This document shows positions 11,407 through 20,794 of a stretch of 64,000 bases of DNA, piece by piece (position 1 is the stretch's first letter; every line of letters starts with the position of its first letter). The notes under the pieces were generated by a model. It saw nothing but the letters and a program-made list of their open reading frames with translations, was not told the origin of the DNA and did not search any database. Source of the stretch: a virus; IMG/VR virus record IMGVR_UViG_3300045988_149572; one strand, given 5' to 3'. The translations under genes and the position numbers were made by a program.

Positions 11407-13482
11407 TCAGAATTTTGCTAAAGAGTTAATATTGGTCTTTGTTATCAGTCTATCGTTGTGTGCTACAACGCTTGGACGTTCCATCTCGAAGAAGCATATA
11501 TGCAACCCAATGGCACGAGTCATCAACAAGTCATCGTGCTTTCCGATTTCCGCACCGAACGATCCGTTCTGCTTCTGTTCGTAGCATAGATACTCATCAA
11601 GGCACCGCTCGTCACGCTCTACATACAGAGCCTCCCTGACGACTTTCACAAGCGTGGATATAATCATCGGCTTCGTCTGCACGTTTGTATGGAATCCATA
11701 CTTCACGCTTCTCCCCTCACGGATGTCAATCTCGCTCGGCTTGCGCGCATACAGATTGTTGTAGACATTCTTGATTTGGTTGAGGATGAACACCGACTGG
11801 TCGCCATCAACCATTCTGTCCCTGTCTTTAGTTTCAAGGGTGTTGGACTCTATGACAAGCAGGCTGTCGTTGTATAGTTTGGCTATCTGAGCCGCTTTCC
11901 AAGCAAGAAGGTCGTGGTCTATATGTCCGTACCATTGCGCCACCACGCAAGGTTTTCCGTCCGTCTCCATCATCCAATACCTGTCGAACACCACGACAAC
12001 GGAGAAGTCGGCTTTGCTGGAGCGGCCGCCAACGTCCACCACAGTAAGGTATCGGTTTGCGATGCGCTTGTCAGGGAACACTTCCGGCAATTCCCACACA
12101 CAGAATTTTCCTTGCGAGTCAGCCTCAAACTTCACGTGCTGCAAAGCCTCCTTGCCGCTGTCACCGTCACCATACACGTCCCCGACAAGCTGAGGAGGAC
12201 GACAGGACGGTTTGAGCAATTCCACCTTGTATTTGTCGAACACCGAGCATCCTGAGTGTTGGAAAGCCTCCACGTCATCGGATGGATATTCGGCAGCCAT
12301 ATCACCGTGTTCATCATACTCGGCACGTTTCAGACAATACCAATGGATTCCTTCAAGCGTGGCTCCCTGCTGCCATAGCCACCACAGATACTTTCCGCTG
12401 TCGTGCCGTCTGTCCGAGATATACTCGTTAAGTCTGTTCTTGTAGAGATTCCTTGCAAATTCATCCCTGTCTTTTATCGGCAGCGTGTATCTCTCAATCT
12501 TGAACCACGGCACGAACAAGGATTTGAATGTAGACTTGTTCTCCTTAGCCGCCCGGTATTCAGACTCGAAGAAATTACCCGTTCCGTTGGCTGTGGACTC
12601 ATAGACAATCATTGTCATAGGCATAAGACCAGCACCGGAGCAGGCGGTACGCACAATCTCCTGCGGTGTCTTGCCCTCGGTCTTCTTCCAAAACGCCACC
12701 TCGGTGCAATGTACAAGCGCGGAGTCTCCGCCACGCGCGGAGTTAGGCTCCACGGCAGTGCCTATCTTCACCTTGCAGTTGCGTTGCGGAATCTTGAAGA
12801 TGTTCCCCGATGCGGCTTCCGTCATAAACTTAGGCTCGTTGTCCTTGAAAGACGCACCGACATCGTACATCATCTCCAATGGATATGCCTGAATCAGTTT
12901 GTCGAACATACCTTTCACTTCCACCGAAGCATCCTTCGTGTGACCGACTATAAGGCTGTTCCATCCCGTCTTGTGGACAAGTTGTATCCACGACATATAA
13001 ATCTGCGTCACCGTAGAGCCGCCCCATTGGCGAGCCTTCAGCACTATCACACGGATGGGCGCACCGGCAAGGCGCATCTCCTCGAACACCGACACAAGCA
13101 TACGTTGCGGAAGATTCAGCGAAAAAGGAATGTCATCGCCACCCTCCTTGTTCTTGATTCTTGCGAACACGAACGCCCAAAAGCAGAAGTCGTGCTTGCA
13201 CCGTATGCGTATAAGTGTTTCCGACAAGGCTTCCTTTCCTATTTCCGGTCTGCCCGACGCTCCGAGGAACTTCGCCAAAGAACCGCACCTAAGCACCGCT
13301 TTCACGAAAGGCTCCTCAAGCATCGCTTTCGGCACGTACTGCCTCGGTATGTCAAAGTCGGGAATCTCAATCCATTCACGTTCCAATATAGCACCTTCTC
13401 CGGTCAAAGGATTGAACGGAGCGAAAAGGACGGCATTCCTCTTGTCATTCTCCTTCAGCAATCGTTCAATTTCTTCTTCCAT
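11407..13482 (-). CDS. terL: terminase large subunit
   Basis: 691 aa. Walker A-like KARQWGGST typical of TerL ATPases. C-terminal nuclease-like VVDVGGRSSKADFSVVVVFD. Convergent with portal. Confidence 0.9.
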   Translation of the reverse strand: MEEEIERLLKENDKRNAVLFAPFNPLTGEGAILEREWIEIPDFDIPRQYVPKAMLEEPFVKAVLRCGSLAKFLGASGRPEIGKEALSETLIRIRCKHDFCFWAFVFARIKNKEGGDDIPFSLNLPQRMLVSVFEEMRLAGAPIRVIVLKARQWGGSTVTQIYMSWIQLVHKTGWNSLIVGHTKDASVEVKGMFDKLIQAYPLEMMYDVGASFKDNEPKFMTEAASGNIFKIPQRNCKVKIGTAVEPNSARGGDSALVHCTEVAFWKKTEGKTPQEIVRTACSGAGLMPMTMIVYESTANGTGNFFESEYRAAKENKSTFKSLFVPWFKIERYTLPIKDRDEFARNLYKNRLNEYISDRRHDSGKYLWWLWQQGATLEGIHWYCLKRAEYDEHGDMAAEYPSDDVEAFQHSGCSVFDKYKVELLKPSCRPPQLVGDVYGDGDSGKEALQHVKFEADSQGKFCVWELPEVFPDKRIANRYLTVVDVGGRSSKADFSVVVVFDRYWMMETDGKPCVVAQWYGHIDHDLLAWKAAQIAKLYNDSLLVIESNTLETKDRDRMVDGDQSVFILNQIKNVYNNLYARKPSEIDIREGRSVKYGFHTNVQTKPMIISTLVKVVREALYVERDERCLDEYLCYEQKQNGSFGAEIGKHDDLLMTRAIGLHICFFEMERPSVVAHNDRLITKTNINSLAKF

Positions 13483-13949
13483 TTAATCGGATTGATAAGC
13501 AGTCCGTACAACAGACCTGCGATGTAACAATATAGATGGATTATGCCGTTCACACTCGGTATGAGCATACCAAGGAGAATGAACGCTGCCATATATGAAT
13601 GGTAGTAAACCTTGTGCTCCACCAGATAACTGAAGCGACCGAGCAGAACGAAGCATATTCCGGACAATCCTACAGTAGGCACGTCCCACATTATAGGAGT
13701 GAACGAAGCGCAGACAAACGCCACAACAATGTCGGACACCGCAATGTTGAAAGTGAACGCCACGGCAAGCAGACACCACACGTTCATAAGACAGTGGATA
13801 GCAGAGACGTGGAAGAAATGATAAAGGAATCTGTTGCGGAAAGCGCATCCGTCGAATATGGCGAAAGCCTCCACATCGTTCACGAGTAGAAGACAAATAA
13901 CAGCGGCTGACACCGCAAGCACTATATTGCGAGCTGTCCGTTTCTCCAT
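13455..13949 (-). CDS. rhomboid-family intramembrane serine protease (minimal 6-TM form)
   Basis: Six hydrophobic segments. HVSAIHCLMN matches HxxxxHxxxN of TM2. GLSG matches the GxSG catalytic Ser of TM4. IIHLYCYIAGLLYG gives the TM6 His followed by GxxxG. Overlaps the terL start by 28 nt. Confidence 0.75.
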   Translation of the reverse strand: MEKRTARNIVLAVSAAVICLLLVNDVEAFAIFDGCAFRNRFLYHFFHVSAIHCLMNVWCLLAVAFTFNIAVSDIVVAFVCASFTPIMWDVPTVGLSGICFVLLGRFSYLVEHKVYYHSYMAAFILLGMLIPSVNGIIHLYCYIAGLLYGLLINPIKWKKKLNDC

Positions 13950-14344
13950 CTCTTCTTGATTTTATGGAGGATGACCTTTGCACTCTTTATTGTGAGATAG
14001 AACTTAGGCGCACCGCCCTCTATCACACGTATAACGGCATCCTCAAGTTTGATACCTTCGTGAGTCCGCTCAATCTCAGCCACACGCTTCTCTATCTCCT
14101 CGAACATCTCTCTGCGAGTGCCGCCCATCTGTGCCAAGTCATAGCCCTTGCGTATCTTGTGGATCATCACGACCGCACGTTCTATGGACACCCAGAAATG
14201 CGATGTCGGAGAATTTATGGTTGCAGTAAGAATGTCAGAAAGGTTGAACTCCCCTTTCTGAAGCGACAACTGTTCACGGAACGCACGCATAAGGTCTCTG
14301 TCCCTGTCGTCCTTGAAACACGCAATGCTACCTTTCTGTCTCAT
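13922..14344 (-). CDS. hypothetical protein, possible small terminase subunit
   Basis: 140-aa first gene of the leftward packaging operon. Internal duplicated helix motif (AVVMIHKIRKG / AKVILHKIKKR). The call rests on position only. Confidence 0.3.
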   Translation of the reverse strand: MRQKGSIACFKDDRDRDLMRAFREQLSLQKGEFNLSDILTATINSPTSHFWVSIERAVVMIHKIRKGYDLAQMGGTRREMFEEIEKRVAEIERTHEGIKLEDAVIRVIEGGAPKFYLTIKSAKVILHKIKKRWRNGQLAI

Positions 14345-14446
14345 ACCCTATCAAAATTAAAAATTACTCAGTTAATAAAAAAGACTGATAGCCAACACGA
14401 TAGGAGTAACTTTGGGTAAGTAAGAATATAAACAAAGCAAATCAAT

Positions 14447-15244
14447 ATGGAAGACCCTAAGAATGAACAGGTTAAAAGCAAGCGAGACTCCTTTCTCGAA
14501 CGTTTGAAGGGGAAATACCCCGACAAGCAATTCACTGACGATGAGGAGATTTACGGAGCCATCAACGATGATTACGACAATTACGACAACGAGTTGAAGC
14601 GGCTGAAGGATGACGAAAGCAAAATAATGGAGATGTTTTCGGCAGACCCACGCACGGCAACGTTGTTCCAGACGGCAGCCGCAAAAGGCGATGTCATCAC
14701 AAAGTTCGTGTCGTTGTTCGGCCCGGAGATTGCCGATGCCTATGAAGACCCCGAGAAGATGGAGGAAATCTCCAAAGCAGGGCAGGAGTATCTTGACCGC
14801 ATAGCGCAGAGCAGAGATCTTGAAGAGCAGTATAACAAGAACATTCAGAAGTCGGTGGAAGACATTGAACAACTGAAGAATGAGAAAGGCTATACTGACG
14901 AGCAGGTTGACGAAGGAATGAAGAAAATCTGCCAAATCGCCTATGATGCCATTGTAGGCAAGTTCTCCAAAGAAGCACTCGACTTCGCCTTTAAGGGATT
15001 GTCACACGATGAGGATGTAGAGACGGCGGCGCAGGAAGCGGAAGTAAGAGGACGCAACGCCAATATCGAGGAGAAGCTGAGAAAGCGCAGCAAGGGTGAC
15101 GGAATCCCAGCCGCACCAAGCGGACGCGCAGGTTCAGCGCAGACCACACCGAAGCGCAGTCTTGGAGCCCTTGACTCCGCAAGTGAAGCCTCTTCCATTT
15201 GGGAGAGAGGCGGTTTTAAAAGAAACAAGACAAATCAATATTAA
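14447..15244 (+). CDS. scaffolding protein (putative)
   Basis: 265 aa, acidic, coiled-coil-like, immediately upstream of the major capsid gene. Confidence 0.55.
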   Translation: MEDPKNEQVKSKRDSFLERLKGKYPDKQFTDDEEIYGAINDDYDNYDNELKRLKDDESKIMEMFSADPRTATLFQTAAAKGDVITKFVSLFGPEIADAYEDPEKMEEISKAGQEYLDRIAQSRDLEEQYNKNIQKSVEDIEQLKNEKGYTDEQVDEGMKKICQIAYDAIVGKFSKEALDFAFKGLSHDEDVETAAQEAEVRGRNANIEEKLRKRSKGDGIPAAPSGRAGSAQTTPKRSLGALDSASEASSIWERGGFKRNKTNQY

Positions 15245-15259
15245 CAAAATTAGAAAACA

Positions 15260-16708
15260 ATGAAGAAAGAATTTTTGAAAAAGAACTTGTGGCGAATGCT
15301 TTTGGGTATTTTGGCAATGGTGTTCGGCGCAACGGACGCCGTCGTAATGGCGGCAGCGGCAGACCTTCCTGACGCAGGAAAGACCAATTCGGGCAACCCC
15401 GACAGCAACGACGGCATCGCGACCGAGACGCAAGGACGTGAGGACGGTGATCCGGAGATGTACACCAAGGACATCGATTCAAAGATCGTCAAAATCCGTC
15501 CGATGGCTACGCCTATCGACCAAATCAGCCGATACGGCAAGTTCTTGAAGACCGACTCAATGATCGTCAAGTACTATTCTCTCGGCACACGACCCATCAA
15601 GACAACGTTGTCGGAGAATGTACTCAAGATGGAGAATGGTGCCACATCTATGACAATCAAGGTGTCAGACCCGACAATGTTCACATTGGACGACACCATC
15701 CGTGTTGTCGGTGCGAAGGCGGTTTCTCGCCCGGACGGAACTAAATACAACGATGAAGACCCGTTGGAGAAAGATGACCCAATGCGTCCCGACTTGATTC
15801 TGTGTGTGTGCGGCAGAGACCAGAACAACGGTTATCCAGTAGTGTATGCGGTCAACGGAGACTTGAACGACAAGAAAGAGCCGATTCTCATTCCTGCGCT
15901 CAACAAGGACGAAGTGACACTCATCCGTATGGGCAAGGCTTGTGCGGAACTTGACGTTCAGACAGGACGTTTCAACAACCTTCCTACAAGCGAGGAACAG
16001 TATTGTCAGAACTTTATGATTCAAGTGGAGCAGTCCACATTTGACAAGATTGCGTCAAAAGAGGTTGATTGGAACTTCTCCGACATCGAGGAGGACGGCA
16101 TCTATGATATGCGCCTTGCACAGGAGAACACATATCTCTTCGGAGCGAAAGCACGTATCAAGCACATCACAAAGGACAATATGGACACTTGGTTCACAGG
16201 CGGTATTTGGTATATGGCAGGTAAGGACATCGAGGTCGGAGCATACAATGAGACACGCAAATGTGTGGAAATCAGCGATGACAACCTTGTCGAGATTTCA
16301 AAGGACTTGTTTGTGGGCACGGGCATCGGCAACAAACGCAAGGTCATCCTCTGCGGCTCCGATATGCTTGAGGCTTTCTCTAAAATCAAGTCGGAGAAAT
16401 TCCGCTTGAAAGAGAACGTAGAATCTTGGAATCTTAAATTCAAGTCTTGGTCTACCGACTTCGGTGAACTTCTTGTCATCCATCACGAGCTGTTCGATAT
16501 GAACGGAATGAGCGACTGCGGCTTTGCTCTCGATCCCGAGTATCTCACGAAGAAGACCCACATCTCTTGGCAGCGCAACGTGCTTGACTTGAAGAAGGCA
16601 GGCATCCGCAACACTGACGCAGTAGTGATCCAGGAGGTCGCTTGTCTGTATCTGCGTTATGCCAAGGCACACGCACGAATGAAACTTGCGGCAAAGGCAG
16701 GAGCGTAA
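15260..16708 (+). CDS. major capsid protein
   Basis: 482 aa. The segment IVKIRPMATPIDQISRYGK resembles the conserved N-terminal TP-containing motif of SU10/HK97-type capsid families. Followed by a strong terminator. True start is uncertain because the N-terminus is hydrophobic. Confidence 0.7.
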   Translation: MKKEFLKKNLWRMLLGILAMVFGATDAVVMAAAADLPDAGKTNSGNPDSNDGIATETQGREDGDPEMYTKDIDSKIVKIRPMATPIDQISRYGKFLKTDSMIVKYYSLGTRPIKTTLSENVLKMENGATSMTIKVSDPTMFTLDDTIRVVGAKAVSRPDGTKYNDEDPLEKDDPMRPDLILCVCGRDQNNGYPVVYAVNGDLNDKKEPILIPALNKDEVTLIRMGKACAELDVQTGRFNNLPTSEEQYCQNFMIQVEQSTFDKIASKEVDWNFSDIEEDGIYDMRLAQENTYLFGAKARIKHITKDNMDTWFTGGIWYMAGKDIEVGAYNETRKCVEISDDNLVEISKDLFVGTGIGNKRKVILCGSDMLEAFSKIKSEKFRLKENVESWNLKFKSWSTDFGELLVIHHELFDMNGMSDCGFALDPEYLTKKTHISWQRNVLDLKKAGIRNTDAVVIQEVACLYLRYAKAHARMKLAAKAGA

Positions 16709-16730
16709 CTGAAACATAGTACTAACAGAT

Positions 16731-16760
16731 AAAGGGGTGTCCAACCGATACCCCTTTTTA
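16731..16760 (+). terminator. rho-independent terminator after capsid gene
   Basis: AAAGGGGT (16731-16738) pairs with ACCCCTTT (16750-16757), followed by a T run. Confidence 0.7.
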
Positions 16761-16774
16761 AAAATCATAACGAT

Positions 16775-17197
16775 ATGCAGAAAACATATAAGTCCAAGTC
16801 GTTTCTCAGCATCTCAGTGGCTGTGGGGAGAATGACTTGCCAAGACACCCAAGACAGCAACAAATCTGTGACAAAGGACGTTTTCAAACACATCACCTTT
16901 GAACCGGACACCACGGGCTATGCTTACTACAGCACCGCTGACGAGACAGAGCAGAAGGCTATCGAGGCACACCCTTTGTTCAACAAGATGTTTGTTTTGA
17001 AGGATGCCCCGACATCTACGGTGGCAAAGAAGGCTGCCGCAGTCCCTGTGGAGAAGAAAGAGGTAGAGGTGACGAGTGCGGCTGACGCAAAGCAGTATCT
17101 TGTAGACACGTTCGGCATCAGCAGAACGAAGATACAGTCGACGGCAGACATCAAGAAATACGCAGAACAGAACGGAGTAGTATTTGTAGGTATCTGA
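16775..17197 (+). CDS. hypothetical structural-module protein
   Basis: 140-aa ORF in the head module. The C-terminal AKQYLVDTFGISRTKIQSTADIKKYAEQNG looks like a HeH/SAP-type motif. Confidence 0.5.
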   Translation: MQKTYKSKSFLSISVAVGRMTCQDTQDSNKSVTKDVFKHITFEPDTTGYAYYSTADETEQKAIEAHPLFNKMFVLKDAPTSTVAKKAAAVPVEKKEVEVTSAADAKQYLVDTFGISRTKIQSTADIKKYAEQNGVVFVGI

Positions 17198-17198
17198 T

Positions 17199-17852
17199 AT
17201 GCGGTACGACTTGAAACAGATAGAGAAGGATGTGCGCCTTGTCCTTGACAGGAACAAGGCAGCGGACAGCCTCCTTGACGAGGAGACCACCACACTTACG
17301 CTCAACGACATCATTGACGGGCGGATAGAACTTGCCGCACGCACCGTGCTGCTCAACGCTCCGCTGCATCTCATCGGAGAGGGGAAGGAATTGCCTGTGG
17401 ACGTGAATTGGGAATCACAACCCGGCTATGGTATGGGATTCATTATGCTCCCGTCCGACTATCTGCGTCTTGTCACGTTTCAGATGACAGACTGGGAACG
17501 TCCGGTCACCGAACCGATAACAGAAGAGAACCCATTGTATGCAAGACAACGCAGCCGCTATCCGGGTGTCAGAGGATGTCCGCAGCGGCCTGTCGTTGCC
17601 ATTGCTTCTTACCCTTCCGGTATGGCGTTGGAGTTTTTCTCCTGCCGAGGAGGAGAGAAAGTTGCGGTGCGCAGGGCGCGGTATATAGCCATCCCCCAAA
17701 TAGAGGAAGGAGAGAACAACGAGAAGACGATAGACCTTCCGCCCAAATGCTATGACGGCATTGTCTTCACCACGGCGGCGATGGCATGCGCTGTACTGAA
17801 GGATGACTTGGCGGCAGTAATAAGTGAAACGGCAAATCAATTATTGAAATGA
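17199..17852 (+). CDS. hypothetical head/neck protein
   Basis: 217-aa ORF, tightly packed (2-nt gap upstream, 4-nt overlap downstream) in the structural operon. Confidence 0.55.
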   Translation: MRYDLKQIEKDVRLVLDRNKAADSLLDEETTTLTLNDIIDGRIELAARTVLLNAPLHLIGEGKELPVDVNWESQPGYGMGFIMLPSDYLRLVTFQMTDWERPVTEPITEENPLYARQRSRYPGVRGCPQRPVVAIASYPSGMALEFFSCRGGEKVAVRRARYIAIPQIEEGENNEKTIDLPPKCYDGIVFTTAAMACAVLKDDLAAVISETANQLLK

Positions 17853-18871
17853 CAACAGACGTACATAATTTAGGAAATTTCGCATCACTGGCAGCCGCTT
17901 GGGAGAGATACCCAAATGGGGCGATGGTCGGAGACTACATATTCATTGCCGGGGTGCGGTATGACTGGGACAAATATGAGAAACAATGGCTGACACCAGT
18001 GGCGGTAACGGATATGAACATATCAGTGTTCGATGTCTCCACCTATGACTTTGAAGCAAATGATTGGCGGCACACCTTGCCTAATGGAGAATACACTGTT
18101 GTCTCCAATACACAAGCGGTCGGCAAGCTGTTGAAGTATGACGACGGCTTCGTGCTTGAAGGTTTTGTCACATTGACGGAAGCGGGGGCGGACAAAGTGT
18201 TCTCTCCTGTCGTTGATGGCGGCAAACCAAAGGCGGACGCAAAAATATTGTCGGGCAACCAATCGTATCACAAGTATGTGTATGTGGATTCCAAAGGGGT
18301 GTACAATGTAAGCGACGCCACGGAGAGAGGTCAGATAGGCGACATTCAACACCAACTTGACGACTTGCAACAATATGTGGACGACAATTTGAACTCGTTG
18401 AACAAGGCCGTTTCCGCTATAAAGAAGGATGTCGGCACGGCGGAGGACGAGGCGGACAAGGAAGGCAGTCTGCACGCACAGATAAATTATTTGAAGCAGA
18501 ACGGAGGAAGTTGTGACTGCGAAGAGATTCTTGAATACGACAAGGCTCTTGTGACAGCACTCACCCCTGACTCCACATCTGAGGAGATAAGTCTCGCTTT
18601 CGTCCCCATAGGAGCGAAAGACAAGACAACACCTGTGCTTCCGAAGGTAAACGACCTGTTGGTGACCAAGGGTAATGTGAAGGAGATGGCTCAGTTTGTC
18701 AACGTCACCGACTATCTCACTCCAAAAGGCACACACCGATACACACTGATTTATCAAGACGGCTCCATTCTTCACACCATACAGATGCTTGGCTTTACGA
18801 GTGTTCATTCCGTGGAGCAGAACGACCTTGCGGATTTTTCAGAAGTTGAATTGGTCCCAACGACCATATAA
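17849..18871 (+). CDS. structural protein with central coiled coil (fibre/neck-like)
   Basis: 340 aa. Heptad-like IGDIQHQLDDLQQYVDDNLNSLNKAVSAIKKDV. ATGA-type overlap with the upstream gene. Confidence 0.5.
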   Translation: MTTDVHNLGNFASLAAAWERYPNGAMVGDYIFIAGVRYDWDKYEKQWLTPVAVTDMNISVFDVSTYDFEANDWRHTLPNGEYTVVSNTQAVGKLLKYDDGFVLEGFVTLTEAGADKVFSPVVDGGKPKADAKILSGNQSYHKYVYVDSKGVYNVSDATERGQIGDIQHQLDDLQQYVDDNLNSLNKAVSAIKKDVGTAEDEADKEGSLHAQINYLKQNGGSCDCEEILEYDKALVTALTPDSTSEEISLAFVPIGAKDKTTPVLPKVNDLLVTKGNVKEMAQFVNVTDYLTPKGTHRYTLIYQDGSILHTIQMLGFTSVHSVEQNDLADFSEVELVPTTI

Positions 18872-18891
18872 TCATTAAATTTATTTTTTTT

Positions 18892-19887
18892 ATGGCAGAA
18901 AAAAAACTACAAGTGGACAGCCCGGTGAAAGTAATCACATCGGGCACCAAACCGACCACAGAGAACTTACCGAAAGGGAGCATCGCAATCGGCAGAGTAA
19001 ACAACCGTCTTGCCGCTGTTGCCGCTCTCGGTGATCCAAGCGAAGAGACAGAGGCGGAAATCCAAGACCTTTTGCAGTACGATACTGTGGAAGGAGAGAA
19101 TGCGACAGTCACCGACTTGGGAGGCATCAAGGCTGGAACAAAAGCAAGTGATTTAAAAGGCAAACCCCTAAGTGAAGTACTTGACGCTTTGTTATTCCCA
19201 GTTGTAGAACCAACGTTTGTGGCTCCGACAGCGACATTGACTCTTGATTCTTCGGTAGCGAGAACACAGGAAGTAGGCTCATCGGCTCCAGGCACAGACA
19301 AATTCAAACACTCGCTGAACAAAGGCTCTATCAACATTGCAGGTAAGAAGCAGAACGACCGCTCTGGAGCGGAAACAGGATTCTCTCTCAAATGCAACAA
19401 CGGCAACATCCCGACGACCTTTGCAACAGCTGGTAGTTATACTTATGTGGGCACAGTGTCTTATGCGGCTGGGCCACAGCCTAAAGATTCAAAAGGCAAC
19501 AATAAAAACACCCCTCTTGCGGCTGGCAGTGTGACTACACCGAGTGTCGTTGTAAATGCAGTATATCCTTACTTTGCGAACACAGCGGCAGCGGCAACAA
19601 TGACTAAGCAGCCTTTGACTACCAACGCTTATATTGAGGTTTCTTGTGTCAGCGAGCAGTCTTCCAACCGACATGCTTTCGCTTTGCCTGCGACATACAC
19701 AGTGACCAAGATTGAGTACTTCGACACAGTGGCGAATAAGTACAATCCAATGGCAGTATCGGACTTCACTGGAGCGGAATACTCGCAGACCGTGCAAGGA
19801 AACTCAGTGCAGTACAAGAAATACTCTCGCAACACGCAAGGTTTGTCTGCTGCAACAAAGTTCAAAATCACATTCACTAAAGCATAG
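18892..19887 (+). CDS. tail fibre/receptor-binding protein 1
   Basis: 331 aa. Its N-terminal ~45 aa (MAEKKLQVDSPVKVITSGTKPTTENLPKGSIAIG) is paralogous to the N-terminus of the ORF at 20795. Confidence 0.55.
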   Translation: MAEKKLQVDSPVKVITSGTKPTTENLPKGSIAIGRVNNRLAAVAALGDPSEETEAEIQDLLQYDTVEGENATVTDLGGIKAGTKASDLKGKPLSEVLDALLFPVVEPTFVAPTATLTLDSSVARTQEVGSSAPGTDKFKHSLNKGSINIAGKKQNDRSGAETGFSLKCNNGNIPTTFATAGSYTYVGTVSYAAGPQPKDSKGNNKNTPLAAGSVTTPSVVVNAVYPYFANTAAAATMTKQPLTTNAYIEVSCVSEQSSNRHAFALPATYTVTKIEYFDTVANKYNPMAVSDFTGAEYSQTVQGNSVQYKKYSRNTQGLSAATKFKITFTKA

Positions 19888-19899
19888 GAGGTATAAATT

Positions 19900-20742
19900 A
19901 TGGCAAGAATAAAAGGACAAGCGAATTATGCCTCTAACTTTGAGGTGTTGAAACAAGCACCGCTTGATTCGAGAACGGTAGTATCGGACGCAGGCGACTT
20001 GACGAAAATTGCAACGTGGCAGGACGTAGACGGCAATGTTTGGCTGTATGATGGTTTGATTGTAGTAGTGCCGAATGCGGACAATGCAAATGCCCCAGAA
20101 GTTTATGTACTGAAGAACAAAGACAACTTCGGCAGAGTAGATGCGTGGTTGAAACTGGGAGCAGACAATACCACTGCGGTAACCGCCATTCAGGAGGCGT
20201 TGAAGAAGAAAGCCAATCTTGTTGACGGCAAGGTATCGTCAGAAGAACTTCCTATTGTAACTTCGTTGAAGCAAGATGACTATACTACAATTCCGTCAGC
20301 AAAATTGGTCGATGAAGCTTTGACGGCAGTAGGCAATACTCTTGAAGAGAAGATTAACAATAAGGTTGTAGGTCTGCTCAATTGGCAGGGGGTGAAGTCT
20401 ACTACTTCTGAAATCAAGGCTATCACATCTGCTAAAAAAGGTGATGTATGGCATTCAAACGGAGATGGTTCAGAGTGGGTATGCACGCAAGATATAACTA
20501 CGGCCAATGCCGATGCGTGGACAGAGTTGGGAACTCCAGTCAATTTAAGTGGATACTACACCAAAACGGAGGTTGACAAGAAGGTCAAACCGCTTGCCGA
20601 CAGCATAGGCACTGATAGCGATGCCGCTTCTGCTAATGGTTCTCTGTATGCACGTATAGCCAAAAATAAAGCTGATATTGCAACTAAAGCAAACCAAAGC
20701 GATATTCCGACCGCTGTGCAACTCGTTGTGAAAACTATTTAA
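19900..20742 (+). CDS. tail fibre protein
   Basis: 280 aa. N-terminal ANYASNFEVLKQAPLDSRTVV...WLYDGLIVVV resembles a motif widespread in phage fibre N-termini. Central coiled coil. Confidence 0.55.
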   Translation: MARIKGQANYASNFEVLKQAPLDSRTVVSDAGDLTKIATWQDVDGNVWLYDGLIVVVPNADNANAPEVYVLKNKDNFGRVDAWLKLGADNTTAVTAIQEALKKKANLVDGKVSSEELPIVTSLKQDDYTTIPSAKLVDEALTAVGNTLEEKINNKVVGLLNWQGVKSTTSEIKAITSAKKGDVWHSNGDGSEWVCTQDITTANADAWTELGTPVNLSGYYTKTEVDKKVKPLADSIGTDSDAASANGSLYARIAKNKADIATKANQSDIPTAVQLVVKTI

Positions 20743-20794
20743 ATATTTAACCAATGGGGATGGAGATTCCATCCCCCTTCCTATTTAGATAACT

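Noticed and set aside
10884-11429. 181-aa + strand ORF overlapping the portal 3' end
   Set aside because: It is out of frame with portal and antisense to the better-packed minus-strand gene 11094-11405.
12403-13527. 374-aa + strand ORF
   Set aside because: It lies entirely antisense to the well-supported terminase large subunit. The composition is Arg/His/Leu-rich, typical of the reverse frame of a real gene, and no motif is present.
15260-15370. Signal-peptide-like hydrophobic N-terminus on the major capsid protein
   Set aside because: Several in-frame downstream Met codons exist, so this may be a start-codon miscall. There is not enough evidence for an exported or membrane-anchored capsid protein.
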